Source: a virus
Lineage: Duplodnaviria; Caudoviricetes
Virus record (IMG/VR): IMGVR_UViG_3300035544_000029
Span: 1 to 48,387 of that record
DNA: 48,387 nt
Direction: 5' to 3' (one strand)
The notes below the pieces were generated by a model. The model ran no database searches. It had not been told where the DNA came from and worked only from the letters and a program-made list of their open reading frames with translations. This document shows positions 36,583-46,018 of the stretch, piece by piece (within the stretch, counting starts at the first letter, position 1; every line of letters begins with the position of its first letter). A program made the position numbers and the translations under genes.

Positions 36583-38934
36583 ATGAATTATTTTGCTCCT
36601 GATATGACTGCTGGGAATGCCGAAAAGGATTCGCCAGAATACGGGCTAAAGATGGCACGCTTTATTGAAAGCGAATGGTCATTGCCACGCATACAAGAAC
36701 GTAGAGCCAAGATGAAGCTTCTTCGCTCTCACATGGATGGGACAGTAGATGCTTCACACCTGAAGCCTATGTTTAAGAATGCCAAAGACCTATCAGCAAT
36801 GAGGGTTAACTGGAAGTATAGCTCGGAGGTTCCACGTATTGTAAATTCTATTATTGAGGGTTTTTCATACGACAAATACAGAACGTCTGTAAAAGGCGTT
36901 GATATGCACTCTCAGGAGAAGCGCAGTAGGTTCAGGAGAGAGAAGATGAAGGCCATGGTCACAAAGCAAGAAGCAGAGGCTTTGACGAACATGACCGGGA
37001 TGGACTTCAGGCCGCAGGGTATGGTTCCTCAATCCATGGAAGAACTTAATCTTTATATGGAATTGGAATACAAGCAGGCCACAGAGATAGCTGCTGAATT
37101 AGGCATACAGAAAGTTATGGACTATGGGGAGTGGCGAGAGACTTTTAATCATATCGCTGAAGATTTAGCATTATTCAGAACAGGAGTGGCTAAGGTTGTT
37201 CCAGACCCTCAAACTGCCCTGAAATTTGAATATGTTGACCCAGAGTCATTCATATATAGCCAAAACGTAGAGAAGAATAGGAATTACAGTGAGGCATGGT
37301 ATTTTGGTCAATATATGCGTATGCCAGTTACGGAGTTTGAGCGCATGACCAAGGGGAAGATACCTCCTGAAAAACTCGAACAGCTTATTGGCCGGTATGG
37401 CTACACCCTACATAAATGGGAGAGTATGTCAGAAGAAGAAAAGGAAATATCAGTAGATGTTATTCGATTCTGCTTCAAGACAAATCGTTACGACATTAAG
37501 AAGAAGAAGTACAATAAACATGGAGGGTACAAATACATAGACAAAGACGACTATTGGACTCCACCGGAAAATATGAAGTCTGAGGTTGTCCGTATTCCTT
37601 ACGAAGTGTGGTACGAGGGTCTATATGTTCCTGGTACAGATTTCGTAGCCAACTACGGCTTAATGGATAATATGATGAGAGAGCCAAAGAACGCTCGCAA
37701 GGCCGTAGCTCCATACATCCTCTACCGATTGTCATCCGAAGCTATTGGCGAGAAGATTGCTGAGATTTGCGATGATATTTATATCACACAGATTAAGCTA
37801 CGACAGTTGACTGTTAAGATGAAGCCCAAGGGATTTGCCATTGACATTGACGGTCTCGGTGATTTGGACTTGGCTGACGGGACGAAGCTATCTACCCTTG
37901 AAAGGGTCAGAATTATGAGGGAGGATGGAGACTTGCTATTCTCAGGTTCATCATTAGTCGATGAGATGCAAAATGTTAGGTCTCCCATACATGACCTGCC
38001 GGACGGAACGGGTCAGGACTTGGTTAATCTACTGAATGTTTACAACCACCACATGAGTAGATTGCATCAGATAACAGGTATTAATCCACAGGCTTCGGGG
38101 GCGGCCCCTCCAAGTAGGACTTCTGCTGATGTGTACCAAGGAACGTTGGCTGCCAGTCAGAGGGTCGTTAACAACATTTTCAATGGTTTGTTAAGCATTC
38201 AAAAACGCGCAGGAGAGGCCATATTAGCACGTCTTCACTCCGCATCAATGCTTGGAGAGACGGAAGACATTATCACGTCTATTTTGGGCGAATACACGAC
38301 AAATATGATAAAGGAAGTTGCTAATCTCAAACATTATCAATTTATCGTTAATGTTGACCTGAAGGCAACAGACGAAGAGCGTAGAGAACTTATCGAATCA
38401 TTGGCTGGAGCATTACAAACAGGTTCTATTGCCATTGAGGATAAAATAGACATTGAAGAGATAGAGAATTTGAGATTAGCTAAACAGATGATTAAGCTAC
38501 GTCAGAAAGCTCGGAGAGAGCAAGCTGAACGTGATGCTGCCATTAATCATCAGAGACAGTTAGAGCAAATGCAAGCGGCTGAACAGGCCAAGCTTCAACG
38601 TGAACAGGCCATGGCAGAGATAGAGAACATGAAGGCTACTGCCGAATACGAAATGAAAGCAAGGCTTCAAGCGTTTGAGAGCCAGGCTAAACTTCGTGAA
38701 ATATCTCTGAAAGGGCAATGGGATGTGGCAGAAGCCAATATCCGGGCACGGGCACAGCACACGAACGATGCCTACAAGGAAGACCGAAAAGATGAACGTT
38801 TGAATCAGCAAAGCACGCATCAGAGCGAATTAATAGAACAACGTCAGTATAACACACGTCCCAAAACTTTTGAGAAGCCTAAAGTGGATAATTCAGGCAT
38901 TGATGAGTTTGAGGGTCTAACACCTAATATTTAA
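36583..38934 (+). CDS. portal protein
   Basis: 783 aa directly after terL; ELNLYMELEYKQ.TEIA.E, YVDP, ITGIN, Q-rich coiled-coil tail. Confidence 0.88.
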   Translation: MNYFAPDMTAGNAEKDSPEYGLKMARFIESEWSLPRIQERRAKMKLLRSHMDGTVDASHLKPMFKNAKDLSAMRVNWKYSSEVPRIVNSIIEGFSYDKYRTSVKGVDMHSQEKRSRFRREKMKAMVTKQEAEALTNMTGMDFRPQGMVPQSMEELNLYMELEYKQATEIAAELGIQKVMDYGEWRETFNHIAEDLALFRTGVAKVVPDPQTALKFEYVDPESFIYSQNVEKNRNYSEAWYFGQYMRMPVTEFERMTKGKIPPEKLEQLIGRYGYTLHKWESMSEEEKEISVDVIRFCFKTNRYDIKKKKYNKHGGYKYIDKDDYWTPPENMKSEVVRIPYEVWYEGLYVPGTDFVANYGLMDNMMREPKNARKAVAPYILYRLSSEAIGEKIAEICDDIYITQIKLRQLTVKMKPKGFAIDIDGLGDLDLADGTKLSTLERVRIMREDGDLLFSGSSLVDEMQNVRSPIHDLPDGTGQDLVNLLNVYNHHMSRLHQITGINPQASGAAPPSRTSADVYQGTLAASQRVVNNIFNGLLSIQKRAGEAILARLHSASMLGETEDIITSILGEYTTNMIKEVANLKHYQFIVNVDLKATDEERRELIESLAGALQTGSIAIEDKIDIEEIENLRLAKQMIKLRQKARREQAERDAAINHQRQLEQMQAAEQAKLQREQAMAEIENMKATAEYEMKARLQAFESQAKLREISLKGQWDVAEANIRARAQHTNDAYKEDRKDERLNQQSTHQSELIEQRQYNTRPKTFEKPKVDNSGIDEFEGLTPNI

Positions 38935-38937
38935 GCC

Positions 38938-39213
38938 ATGGCTCCACCGAAAAAACCATACTCCCAACTCAGCGAGAGTGCTAAGTGGTACAGGAAAAAC
39001 AAAGAGGGTCGTAAAAAGAAAGCGGCCACAGACAAAAAGGTTAATGCTCGTCCAGAACAGCGTGCTAAGAGAAGTGAGCTAACAACGAAGAACAGAGCAT
39101 ATGACAAGAAACACGGAAAGACAAAGAGAAAGGGGAAGGACTATGACCATAAAGTAAAGAGGTATGTGAAGTCTTCCGTAAACCGTGGCCGAAAAGGAGA
39201 GGGTAACAGATAA
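38938..39213 (+). CDS. basic protein with an HNH-like remnant
   Basis: K/R-rich; GKDYDH......S.NRG. Confidence 0.55.
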   Translation: MAPPKKPYSQLSESAKWYRKNKEGRKKKAATDKKVNARPEQRAKRSELTTKNRAYDKKHGKTKRKGKDYDHKVKRYVKSSVNRGRKGEGNR

Positions 39214-39247
39214 CTAAAATAAAAAGCAAACGTAAAAAGAAATAGTC

Positions 39248-39622
39248 ATGGCAAAGAAGAAACAAGGCCCAAAGGCCGAACATCAACGTGGAACCAACAG
39301 GTCTTTTGCTTATCAGAAACAGCAACTTGGAACACAGCTATATGAATATGCAACAGGACATACATCGGAGTCCATGAAAAGGATAAAAAAAGCAAGGTCG
39401 CAGGGCAGAATAGCCGGAGGATTAGAGCAGGAGATAAAGGCAGCAAGAATTATTAAGAACAATGGAAGACCTGGTGAGTGGATGCCTAACACAAAAGCAT
39501 CTACGTATGATGCAAGCAATATTCAGACATGGATGCCTCCTCTAAAAGTCCCTAAAAGGATGACAGGAAAAAGTAAAATATCTACAAATAAAGTCAAAAC
39601 GAAAAAGAGAATTAAGAAATAA
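39248..39622 (+). CDS. basic hypothetical protein
   Basis: K/R-rich ORF. Confidence 0.5.
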   Translation: MAKKKQGPKAEHQRGTNRSFAYQKQQLGTQLYEYATGHTSESMKRIKKARSQGRIAGGLEQEIKAARIIKNNGRPGEWMPNTKASTYDASNIQTWMPPLKVPKRMTGKSKISTNKVKTKKRIKK

Positions 39623-39623
39623 A

Positions 39624-39647
39624 AAAAGCCCCATTATCGGGGCTTTT
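39624..39647. terminator. bidirectional terminator
   Basis: aaaagcccc-attatc-ggggctttt. Confidence 0.75.
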
Positions 39648-39737
39648 CTCGTCTTAAGGAAAACAGGAGTCGAAATTAAGAAACAATTTATCAAACCTTT
39701 GTTATACTTAATTAAGTTAAATGACTCCTGTGTATTG

Positions 39738-40094
39738 TTAAAATGGCAAACTGTCTTCTTCTTCCGGCTCAGGCGGAGCTACTGCATCATTGCTCTGTGG
39801 CGCACTGCTAAGAACCTCCACGTTAGCAAGCTTCAAGTCAGGGAAATACCTCGTTGTTCCGTCTTTCTCCCACTTACGGCCCCCGAGGAAAATACTAACA
39901 TTTACCTCATCTCCTACTTTTAGAGGGTCTAACTTATCCACATTATCCTGAACAGCATCAACGGGGATATAGTCTGAAAATTCCGGCTTATCTGTATTCT
40001 CTACAAATACAACAAGCACTCTTTTCTTGAATTTCTCTGTAATCTGTTGTGTCTCTCCTACATGGTGAACGACACCTTTTAAGTCGATTTTCAT
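39738..40094 (-). CDS. DUF3127 family SSB-like protein
   Basis: TQQITEKFKKR.LV...LKVGDEV.V...L.GR.W...YF; acidic tail ending in LPF. Confidence 0.85.
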   Translation of the reverse strand: MKIDLKGVVHHVGETQQITEKFKKRVLVVFVENTDKPEFSDYIPVDAVQDNVDKLDPLKVGDEVNVSIFLGGRKWEKDGTTRYFPDLKLANVEVLSSAPQSNDAVAPPEPEEEDSLPF

Positions 40095-40188
40095 ACAATT
40101 TACTTTTAATTTGTGTTTAACGTCTAAGGGCAAATGTAATGTGTTTGTTTTCCTTACGCAACACAATGTTTGTTAATATATCATAATT

Positions 40189-40578
40189 TTATTGCATTTG
40201 ATTTTTCACATCAAAATCACTTTCTTCAATAAATTTATATATCTCATCAGTTATCCAGTCTGCCAGATACGCTATGGGTTCATCATTATTGAAATCAGCC
40301 ACAATGCCACGGTCTGAAGCTATGAAGTTGGCGGCATGAATAGACTCATGTGTAATTGTGCCATGAGTTATTTTTCTATAACTATATAGAAAATTAAAAA
40401 TGACAGCGTAAGCGGCACGCCCATTGTAATTTACGGCCAATGTGTGACCATAAGGTTCTTCGTCTTTAAAATCAGGTATGTGCTTTTGCAATTCACTGCT
40501 ATCATTGGTAAGAAAAATTAGTAGCGTACCACGGTATAGCGGAATATGTACTTCTTTTTTATAGAAATGTTTTTCCAT
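40189..40578 (-). CDS. hypothetical protein with an HExxH motif
   Basis: ITHESIH...DEPIAYL. Confidence 0.65.
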   Translation of the reverse strand: MEKHFYKKEVHIPLYRGTLLIFLTNDSSELQKHIPDFKDEEPYGHTLAVNYNGRAAYAVIFNFLYSYRKITHGTITHESIHAANFIASDRGIVADFNNDEPIAYLADWITDEIYKFIEESDFDVKNQMQ

Positions 40579-40581
40579 GGT

Positions 40582-41031
40582 TTATTTTTTATATTTAAGA
40601 TATTCATGTCTTAATTCTTCTATCTTATCAAATTCTTCAGGATAATTTTCTTTCCTCCATTGCCTTCTTTGGCCTTCGTGCTTAGAATATCCAAGCTCAT
40701 CAAACTCTTTCAGTTGATAGCACCGTCTTTTAGAAGCCTCAAAAGATTCTACGGGGAGCGAGAAATGAGCACAATCAGGCCAGCCGCCTCGGAGTAGCTT
40801 ATGAGCACCAATCCCATAGTGGTTAGCAATGCAAAACTGTTCACCTGATGGCATAGTTATTCTTACAGCAGATAGGATGGCTTGAAGTGATGGGGCATTT
40901 AATTCGCACTCGTAATTGTACCACCAAAGCGGCTTGTCTTTGTTGGCCTTAACTTTGCACAAACCAAACTCAACACGAACAGGTTCCCCCTGCCATTGAT
41001 ACTTTGGATAAACTACTGTTTTCATTTTCAT
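40582..41031 (-). CDS. hypothetical protein
   Basis: 149-aa ORF in a minus-strand block. Confidence 0.6.
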   Translation of the reverse strand: MKMKTVVYPKYQWQGEPVRVEFGLCKVKANKDKPLWWYNYECELNAPSLQAILSAVRITMPSGEQFCIANHYGIGAHKLLRGGWPDCAHFSLPVESFEASKRRCYQLKEFDELGYSKHEGQRRQWRKENYPEEFDKIEELRHEYLKYKK

Positions 41032-41214
41032 AATAATATATGTTTGTTAATTTTTGTGTAATAGTATTTTGTTTGACCCTCTAATGGGAATTTATGATGG
41101 TTTTATAGCTCTTATTTTCCTTGTGTGCTACTTTAGTAGTATTATTGTTTTTCATATTATTAATATTAGATAAGTTATTAATGTATGTAAGAAAAGAAAA
41201 ACGTTAACGAAAAG

Positions 41215-41850
41215 ATATAGCAATCCCCTTGCTGGGGGAGGAGTGTTTGAAAGAACTCCTTACATTAACACACACCTTTTAATCGTTTGCATGGCAAGAA
41301 CAGTGCTTCACTCAGAGTCATCATCGCAAACAGAGCTAACCTGTTTGTAACTACTCTTCGCTATACCCAGGGAACAACTTACCTACTGTATGTTACACTG
41401 CAAAGGATTTTGTGTTAGCTTCCAACTAAATAATGTTTGTGCAGCAATTTAACATAACTTGTAGAGAGGAACTTTAGCCTCAAATCCACTACGTTTTTCC
41501 CAATTCTCTATCAGACAAACCGTATATGCCCGAGTCTCCGCTATGTGTGCTATATTTGCCCTATCGGGGACACCTCTCCGCTATGTTTAGGAATTATTTC
41601 ATCCTTGCAGATACTACCCGACTTCTGTCCCATTAAAAACGTTCAGCCTTCATGGGAGTACACGGGGCTACCGTGGGGCAATCGTTTTTTGGGGCATAAA
41701 AAAACCCCTTACTCGTTAGCAAGAGGTTTCTTTGGTAAGGCCCCTTGCTTGTTGTGTGAGAAAAATCGATGCCAAGAAAACAGGGATTTTTCGCAAGCAA
41801 GAAGGGCGAATTTCTTTATTTGTTTTCTTAGTCAAGATTTTCCTCACACG
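41215..41850 (-). ncRNA. candidate structured non-coding RNA(s)
   Basis: no credible ORF; promoter TATATTTG (41854-41861, minus), long inverted repeat, terminator and several hairpins. Confidence 0.4.
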
Positions 41851-41935
41851 CCACAAATATAATTACTTTTAATGGAAAATAAAAGAAAAACACAAAAAAC
41901 TTTCACAAAAATTTGTTTTTAATTGTTAAAGAATG

Positions 41936-41943
41936 TATATTTG
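41936..41943 (+). promoter_or_regulatory. Bacteroidota -7 element TATATTTG
   Basis: upstream of the scaffold/capsid operon. Confidence 0.6.
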
Positions 41944-41973
41944 CGATGAATAGATATTTTAAATAGAAGTGTT

Positions 41974-43023
41974 ATGGATAAAGAACCATTTAGCTTTTTT
42001 ACGAAAGCAAGTGACAAACCGGAAGAAACTCCAAAACAGGAAGAGCCTGTGGTAGAGAAGAAGGATGGTAATGAAGACCCTCCGGTTGAGGCCCCAAAGG
42101 ATGAGCCTGAAGAGCCGAAGGAACCACAAGAGCCAACGGACGATCCAAAAGAGGACAAGTTCGAGGGTCTGACAAAAGAAAAGATTTTTGAAGCATTAGA
42201 TCAAGATGAGAACGCTTATCTTGAATACCTGTCAAAGAAGACAGGAAGAGAATTGACAAGTCTGGAAGACCTGAAAGAAGTAAAAGAGGTTGAAAAAGAG
42301 CCTGACCTTCCCGAAGATGTAAAAAAATATTGGGAATTTAAGAAAGAAACAGGCCGAGGGTTCAATGACTTCTTGAAAGCAAATAAAGACTGGACAACCG
42401 AATCCAAAGAAGCTGTCGTAATGGAACACATACGGCAGAAGGAGGGGTTGGAAGGAGAATTGCTGAAAGAAGCGTTTGAACTTGAATATAGACCCGATGA
42501 AGATTCTTCTGACAGGGAAAGACGTTTGGCAGAGATTCGTTTAGAAAAACGGTATAACCAAGCGTTGCGAGACCTAAAGGAAAGCCAGAGACAATATGCA
42601 CTTCCTACCGATGAAAAGGACGGCCAGCGACAAGCGGCAGCCCAAAGGCAAGTGGAGGCAGAAAAGTTTCAACAAGGCATGACGGAAGCGGTTCGTGGTA
42701 TTGACAGACTTGCAGTGGATGATTTCTCGTATAAGGTGGAGAAAGACCCTCAAATTGAGCAAAGATTTTCATCTATCGAAAACATCCTTGCCAAATACAA
42801 AAAGGGAGACTCCTATGATTTTAAGTCTTTGGCCGAGACTATTATCGCCGGAGAGAATCATGCACAGTTTGCTAAGGCTTATGCCGAGCATTACAAAAAC
42901 AAAGTAGTGGAGGACGAAATGAAGAAAATGTCACATCAGCAAGACCCTACCAAGGCACAGCCAAGTGAAGGGCCACATGATGTGAGTATTGACAGAGTAA
43001 AATCGTTCTTCAGAAAAGTTTAA
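41974..43023 (+). CDS. putative capsid scaffolding protein
   Basis: acidic P/E-rich N-terminus, LPEDV.KY.EF.KETG; directly upstream of the capsid gene. Confidence 0.7.
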   Translation: MDKEPFSFFTKASDKPEETPKQEEPVVEKKDGNEDPPVEAPKDEPEEPKEPQEPTDDPKEDKFEGLTKEKIFEALDQDENAYLEYLSKKTGRELTSLEDLKEVKEVEKEPDLPEDVKKYWEFKKETGRGFNDFLKANKDWTTESKEAVVMEHIRQKEGLEGELLKEAFELEYRPDEDSSDRERRLAEIRLEKRYNQALRDLKESQRQYALPTDEKDGQRQAAAQRQVEAEKFQQGMTEAVRGIDRLAVDDFSYKVEKDPQIEQRFSSIENILAKYKKGDSYDFKSLAETIIAGENHAQFAKAYAEHYKNKVVEDEMKKMSHQQDPTKAQPSEGPHDVSIDRVKSFFRKV

Positions 43024-43043
43024 CGATTAAAATTTAAAAACAC

Positions 43044-44450
43044 ATGGCACTTCAAGATTTTGAATATCTATCCCCTGCTGACGCGATTAACCACGGTTTA
43101 ACGCCCACCGCAGAGAATTACATTGACTTGTATGACTTCTCTACTTACGCCCGCCCGGACGTTCGAGCAGAAGCCATTCGCAAGTATGACAACACAGTTG
43201 GAGGGTTCCTCAAAAAAATGGCAAGCGTAGAACAGTTGAAGTCTGATAAGTATATCTGGACTGAGCTGGAACGCAGAGCCGTAACTTATGATGACGCTGT
43301 TCTGACTGTTGGTGCAAGTAACGTATTGACCCGTGATGCTTCAGCTCCTGTTGCTTTTAGGTTGCACGAGAAAGTGAAGCTGTACACCTCAGCGGGAGCA
43401 GGAACATTTATTGTAACTGCTGTAAATTCCTCTACTTCCGTAAATCTCGGTACTTATGACCAAGGTTCTATTGACCTTGTAGCAGGATATACCGCTCCTA
43501 TTACAGGTATTTATACGTATTCTCTTGGTATTGAAGTTGGCAAAGGTTCTGCCGGAGCAGATTTTACCGCAGGATTAAAACTTCCTTATTCAGTTCATAG
43601 TGTACGTCCGGCCATTACCCGTAACGTATATACCGAGCTTGGTTCTACACCTCCTGTTGCAGGATGGGTAAGCATTAATGGTGAGTTCCGTTGGTTCTTA
43701 CATGAAATTGATGCAACCCGTGAGGACACTCTTGAGATGATCGAGAAGAAAGGTATGGAGGGTGAAGCTCCTGCTGTTGGTTCTGATGCTGAAACTCTTG
43801 GATTGCAAGGCACTCAGGGTGCTTTCGACCAGATAGAATCTCGTGGAGCTACATGGCTTGGACAAATCACTACTGCCCAAGATTTGGAAGACCTTCTGAA
43901 GCACTATAATAAAGTGCAGGGTGCTTATGTGAACTTGTTCATGTCAAGCATTGACCAGTCATTGGCCTTTGATAGCCTTGGCCGTCAGTTTAACGCTTCC
44001 TATGGAGATACCTCTGTCCTTGACAACCACGTTGGCGAGTATATGATGTCTCAGGGTGGAGGTAAGATTCTGAACCTCGGAACACAAGGATTTATCCACG
44101 GTGGATATACCTTCCTGCATCAAAACTCTAAGTATTTAACAGAAAATACTTTCCGTGGCAACGATGCTATTCCTGAAGCAGACAGGATGCACTTTTTCAC
44201 TATACCTCTTGGTATGACTCCTGTAATGGATGGAGACCAGAGCCTTGCCGCTAATCCTCGTACCGTTCAGCGTAACTACATGACCAAGATGGAGCTTCGT
44301 CCATTCAACTCATGGGCTGAGGGTGGAGCAACATGGTTGGCAAATAAGACCAACGGTGATGACTCCTTCAAGATTTATTTCTTGGAAGAATCAGCACTGG
44401 CTCTTTTCAATGCAGAGAAATTTGTAATCGGAAAAGGAACTGCTGTTTAA
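43044..44450 (+). CDS. major capsid protein
   Basis: 468 aa after the scaffold; W.E..R, G.QG.F..IE.RG, LG..GF..GGY.F; followed by a terminator. Confidence 0.82.
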   Translation: MALQDFEYLSPADAINHGLTPTAENYIDLYDFSTYARPDVRAEAIRKYDNTVGGFLKKMASVEQLKSDKYIWTELERRAVTYDDAVLTVGASNVLTRDASAPVAFRLHEKVKLYTSAGAGTFIVTAVNSSTSVNLGTYDQGSIDLVAGYTAPITGIYTYSLGIEVGKGSAGADFTAGLKLPYSVHSVRPAITRNVYTELGSTPPVAGWVSINGEFRWFLHEIDATREDTLEMIEKKGMEGEAPAVGSDAETLGLQGTQGAFDQIESRGATWLGQITTAQDLEDLLKHYNKVQGAYVNLFMSSIDQSLAFDSLGRQFNASYGDTSVLDNHVGEYMMSQGGGKILNLGTQGFIHGGYTFLHQNSKYLTENTFRGNDAIPEADRMHFFTIPLGMTPVMDGDQSLAANPRTVQRNYMTKMELRPFNSWAEGGATWLANKTNGDDSFKIYFLEESALALFNAEKFVIGKGTAV

Positions 44451-44459
44451 TAATAATTA

Positions 44460-44487
44460 AGGGGAGGGTCATAACCCTCTCCTTTTT
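44460..44487 (+). terminator. terminator after the capsid gene
   Basis: ggggaggg-tcataa-ccctctcc-ttttt. Confidence 0.65.
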
Positions 44488-44520
44488 CTCATTTTATACA
44501 TATATAATCTTAAAAACACA

Positions 44521-45297
44521 ATGGCACAACCAACATCAAACAAAGCACGCACGAGTGCTAAGAACCTCATTAAAGAACGCAGGCCCGCAGTAGATTCGGG
44601 GATGGCTGTGTTCGCATTAAACAAGGGTATTAATTTGCTTATCAGCCCTAAATTCACGTTCATTGACTCAGAGGGTAACAGGACTCATGTGAGATATGCA
44701 CAAGATCAAAACTCTATCTTCGTTGACGAACAGGTGGAGATTGACCCTATTAAGCTATCAAGAATTGTTCTGAATGAAAAGACGGTCATTAAGGACTCTC
44801 TGCTCATGGACTTTCTGCTTATCAATCCGAGTTTCGGCAAATTGTATAAGCTGATTGACCCGGCAGGAGAAGCCAAAAAAGAGATGGATAGGGTGAGTAA
44901 GTTTGATGATGTATGGGATTCTGTACGTCAGTTGTCTTTGGAAAACACCAAGGCATTGAATTTGCTTCTTAATGACGTTTCTCTAAGTCAAATGGCAAAC
45001 ACCACAATGCCTGAGTTGAGGCTGAGTATTAGGAAGATTGCAGAGAAAGACCCTGAAAGAGTTCAGGAAGCCATGGCAGACCCGGTATTGGAAACATTGT
45101 ATCTCTACCACATGGGAATAGCCTTGGATGTTATCAAATACCTACCACGCAGAGAAGTAGTTATTTGGACTGACTCACAAAAAGAATTGTGTAAAGTGCC
45201 GACAAATAAAGAGCCATCAATGTTCGTAGCCAGGCAGCTATTAACGGATGATTTCTTGAAAGCACGAGAACTACTTGAAACAAAATTGAATGATTAA
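44521..45297 (+). CDS. conserved protein downstream of the capsid gene
   Basis: RYA.DQ.SIFVDEQ pattern. Confidence 0.65.
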   Translation: MAQPTSNKARTSAKNLIKERRPAVDSGMAVFALNKGINLLISPKFTFIDSEGNRTHVRYAQDQNSIFVDEQVEIDPIKLSRIVLNEKTVIKDSLLMDFLLINPSFGKLYKLIDPAGEAKKEMDRVSKFDDVWDSVRQLSLENTKALNLLLNDVSLSQMANTTMPELRLSIRKIAEKDPERVQEAMADPVLETLYLYHMGIALDVIKYLPRREVVIWTDSQKELCKVPTNKEPSMFVARQLLTDDFLKARELLETKLND

Positions 45298-46018
45298 CAC
45301 AGTATATAACGTCGTTCAAGAACTCCTTAACAAAAACGGGTACGGGTTACTTACCCCTACCCGTTTTGTGTATTTTGCAGAGACGGCACAGCTAAAGGTG
45401 CTGAATGATGCAATAGAAGAGTTCATACAGAAAAAGCGCAATGCGGCACGCTACGACAGCCCAGAAACTCTTGACACGTTAGAGGCGTTGAAAGAGGTGT
45501 TTTTTGAAAGCACCACATTGTCTCGGGAAGTTGAGGGCACGGTGGAGGCGTATCATCTATTGCCGAGCGACTATATGCGGTGGGGTTCTGCCAATTTGGA
45601 TGACAACACGGAGATTGCTAAACAAGAGGGTCAATATAAAGCAAGGTTGGAACGCAATAGATTTGTAACACCCTCACTATCGACTCCGTACTGCCACATA
45701 GAAAACAATAAGCTGTATGTATATCCAACAAGCATAGGAGCCATTGATGACAATGGAACACTCATACCGTGGGATGAAGTAACTCTCAGCTACTATCGCT
45801 ATCCAAAGAAGCCAAACTGGACGTATCAGACTGTGATGGGAAAACCAGTATTCAATCCTGACAGTGCATTGTATCAGGACTTTGAACTGCCGCAATCTAT
45901 GATGGACAGGTTAATTGTTGAGATAGCAGAGATGGCAGGAGTACATATCAAAGAATCTACGATAGTTCAGTATGTTTCGGCAGCTAAGAATGAGGACTTT
46001 CAAAAAAGTAATAGGTAA
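45290..46018 (+). CDS. head-tail ring / tail tubular protein
   Basis: INTVY..V..LLNK..YG.LTP..F...AQ...YYRYPK.PNW.Y...DFEL. Confidence 0.7.
   Translation: MINTVYNVVQELLNKNGYGLLTPTRFVYFAETAQLKVLNDAIEEFIQKKRNAARYDSPETLDTLEALKEVFFESTTLSREVEGTVEAYHLLPSDYMRWGSANLDDNTEIAKQEGQYKARLERNRFVTPSLSTPYCHIENNKLYVYPTSIGAIDDNGTLIPWDEVTLSYYRYPKKPNWTYQTVMGKPVFNPDSALYQDFELPQSMMDRLIVEIAEMAGVHIKESTIVQYVSAAKNEDFQKSNR

Noticed and set aside
41545-41862. 105-aa plus-strand ORF
   Set aside because: Atypical composition, non-ATG start, and it overlaps inverted repeats and a minus-strand promoter/terminator; likely spurious.
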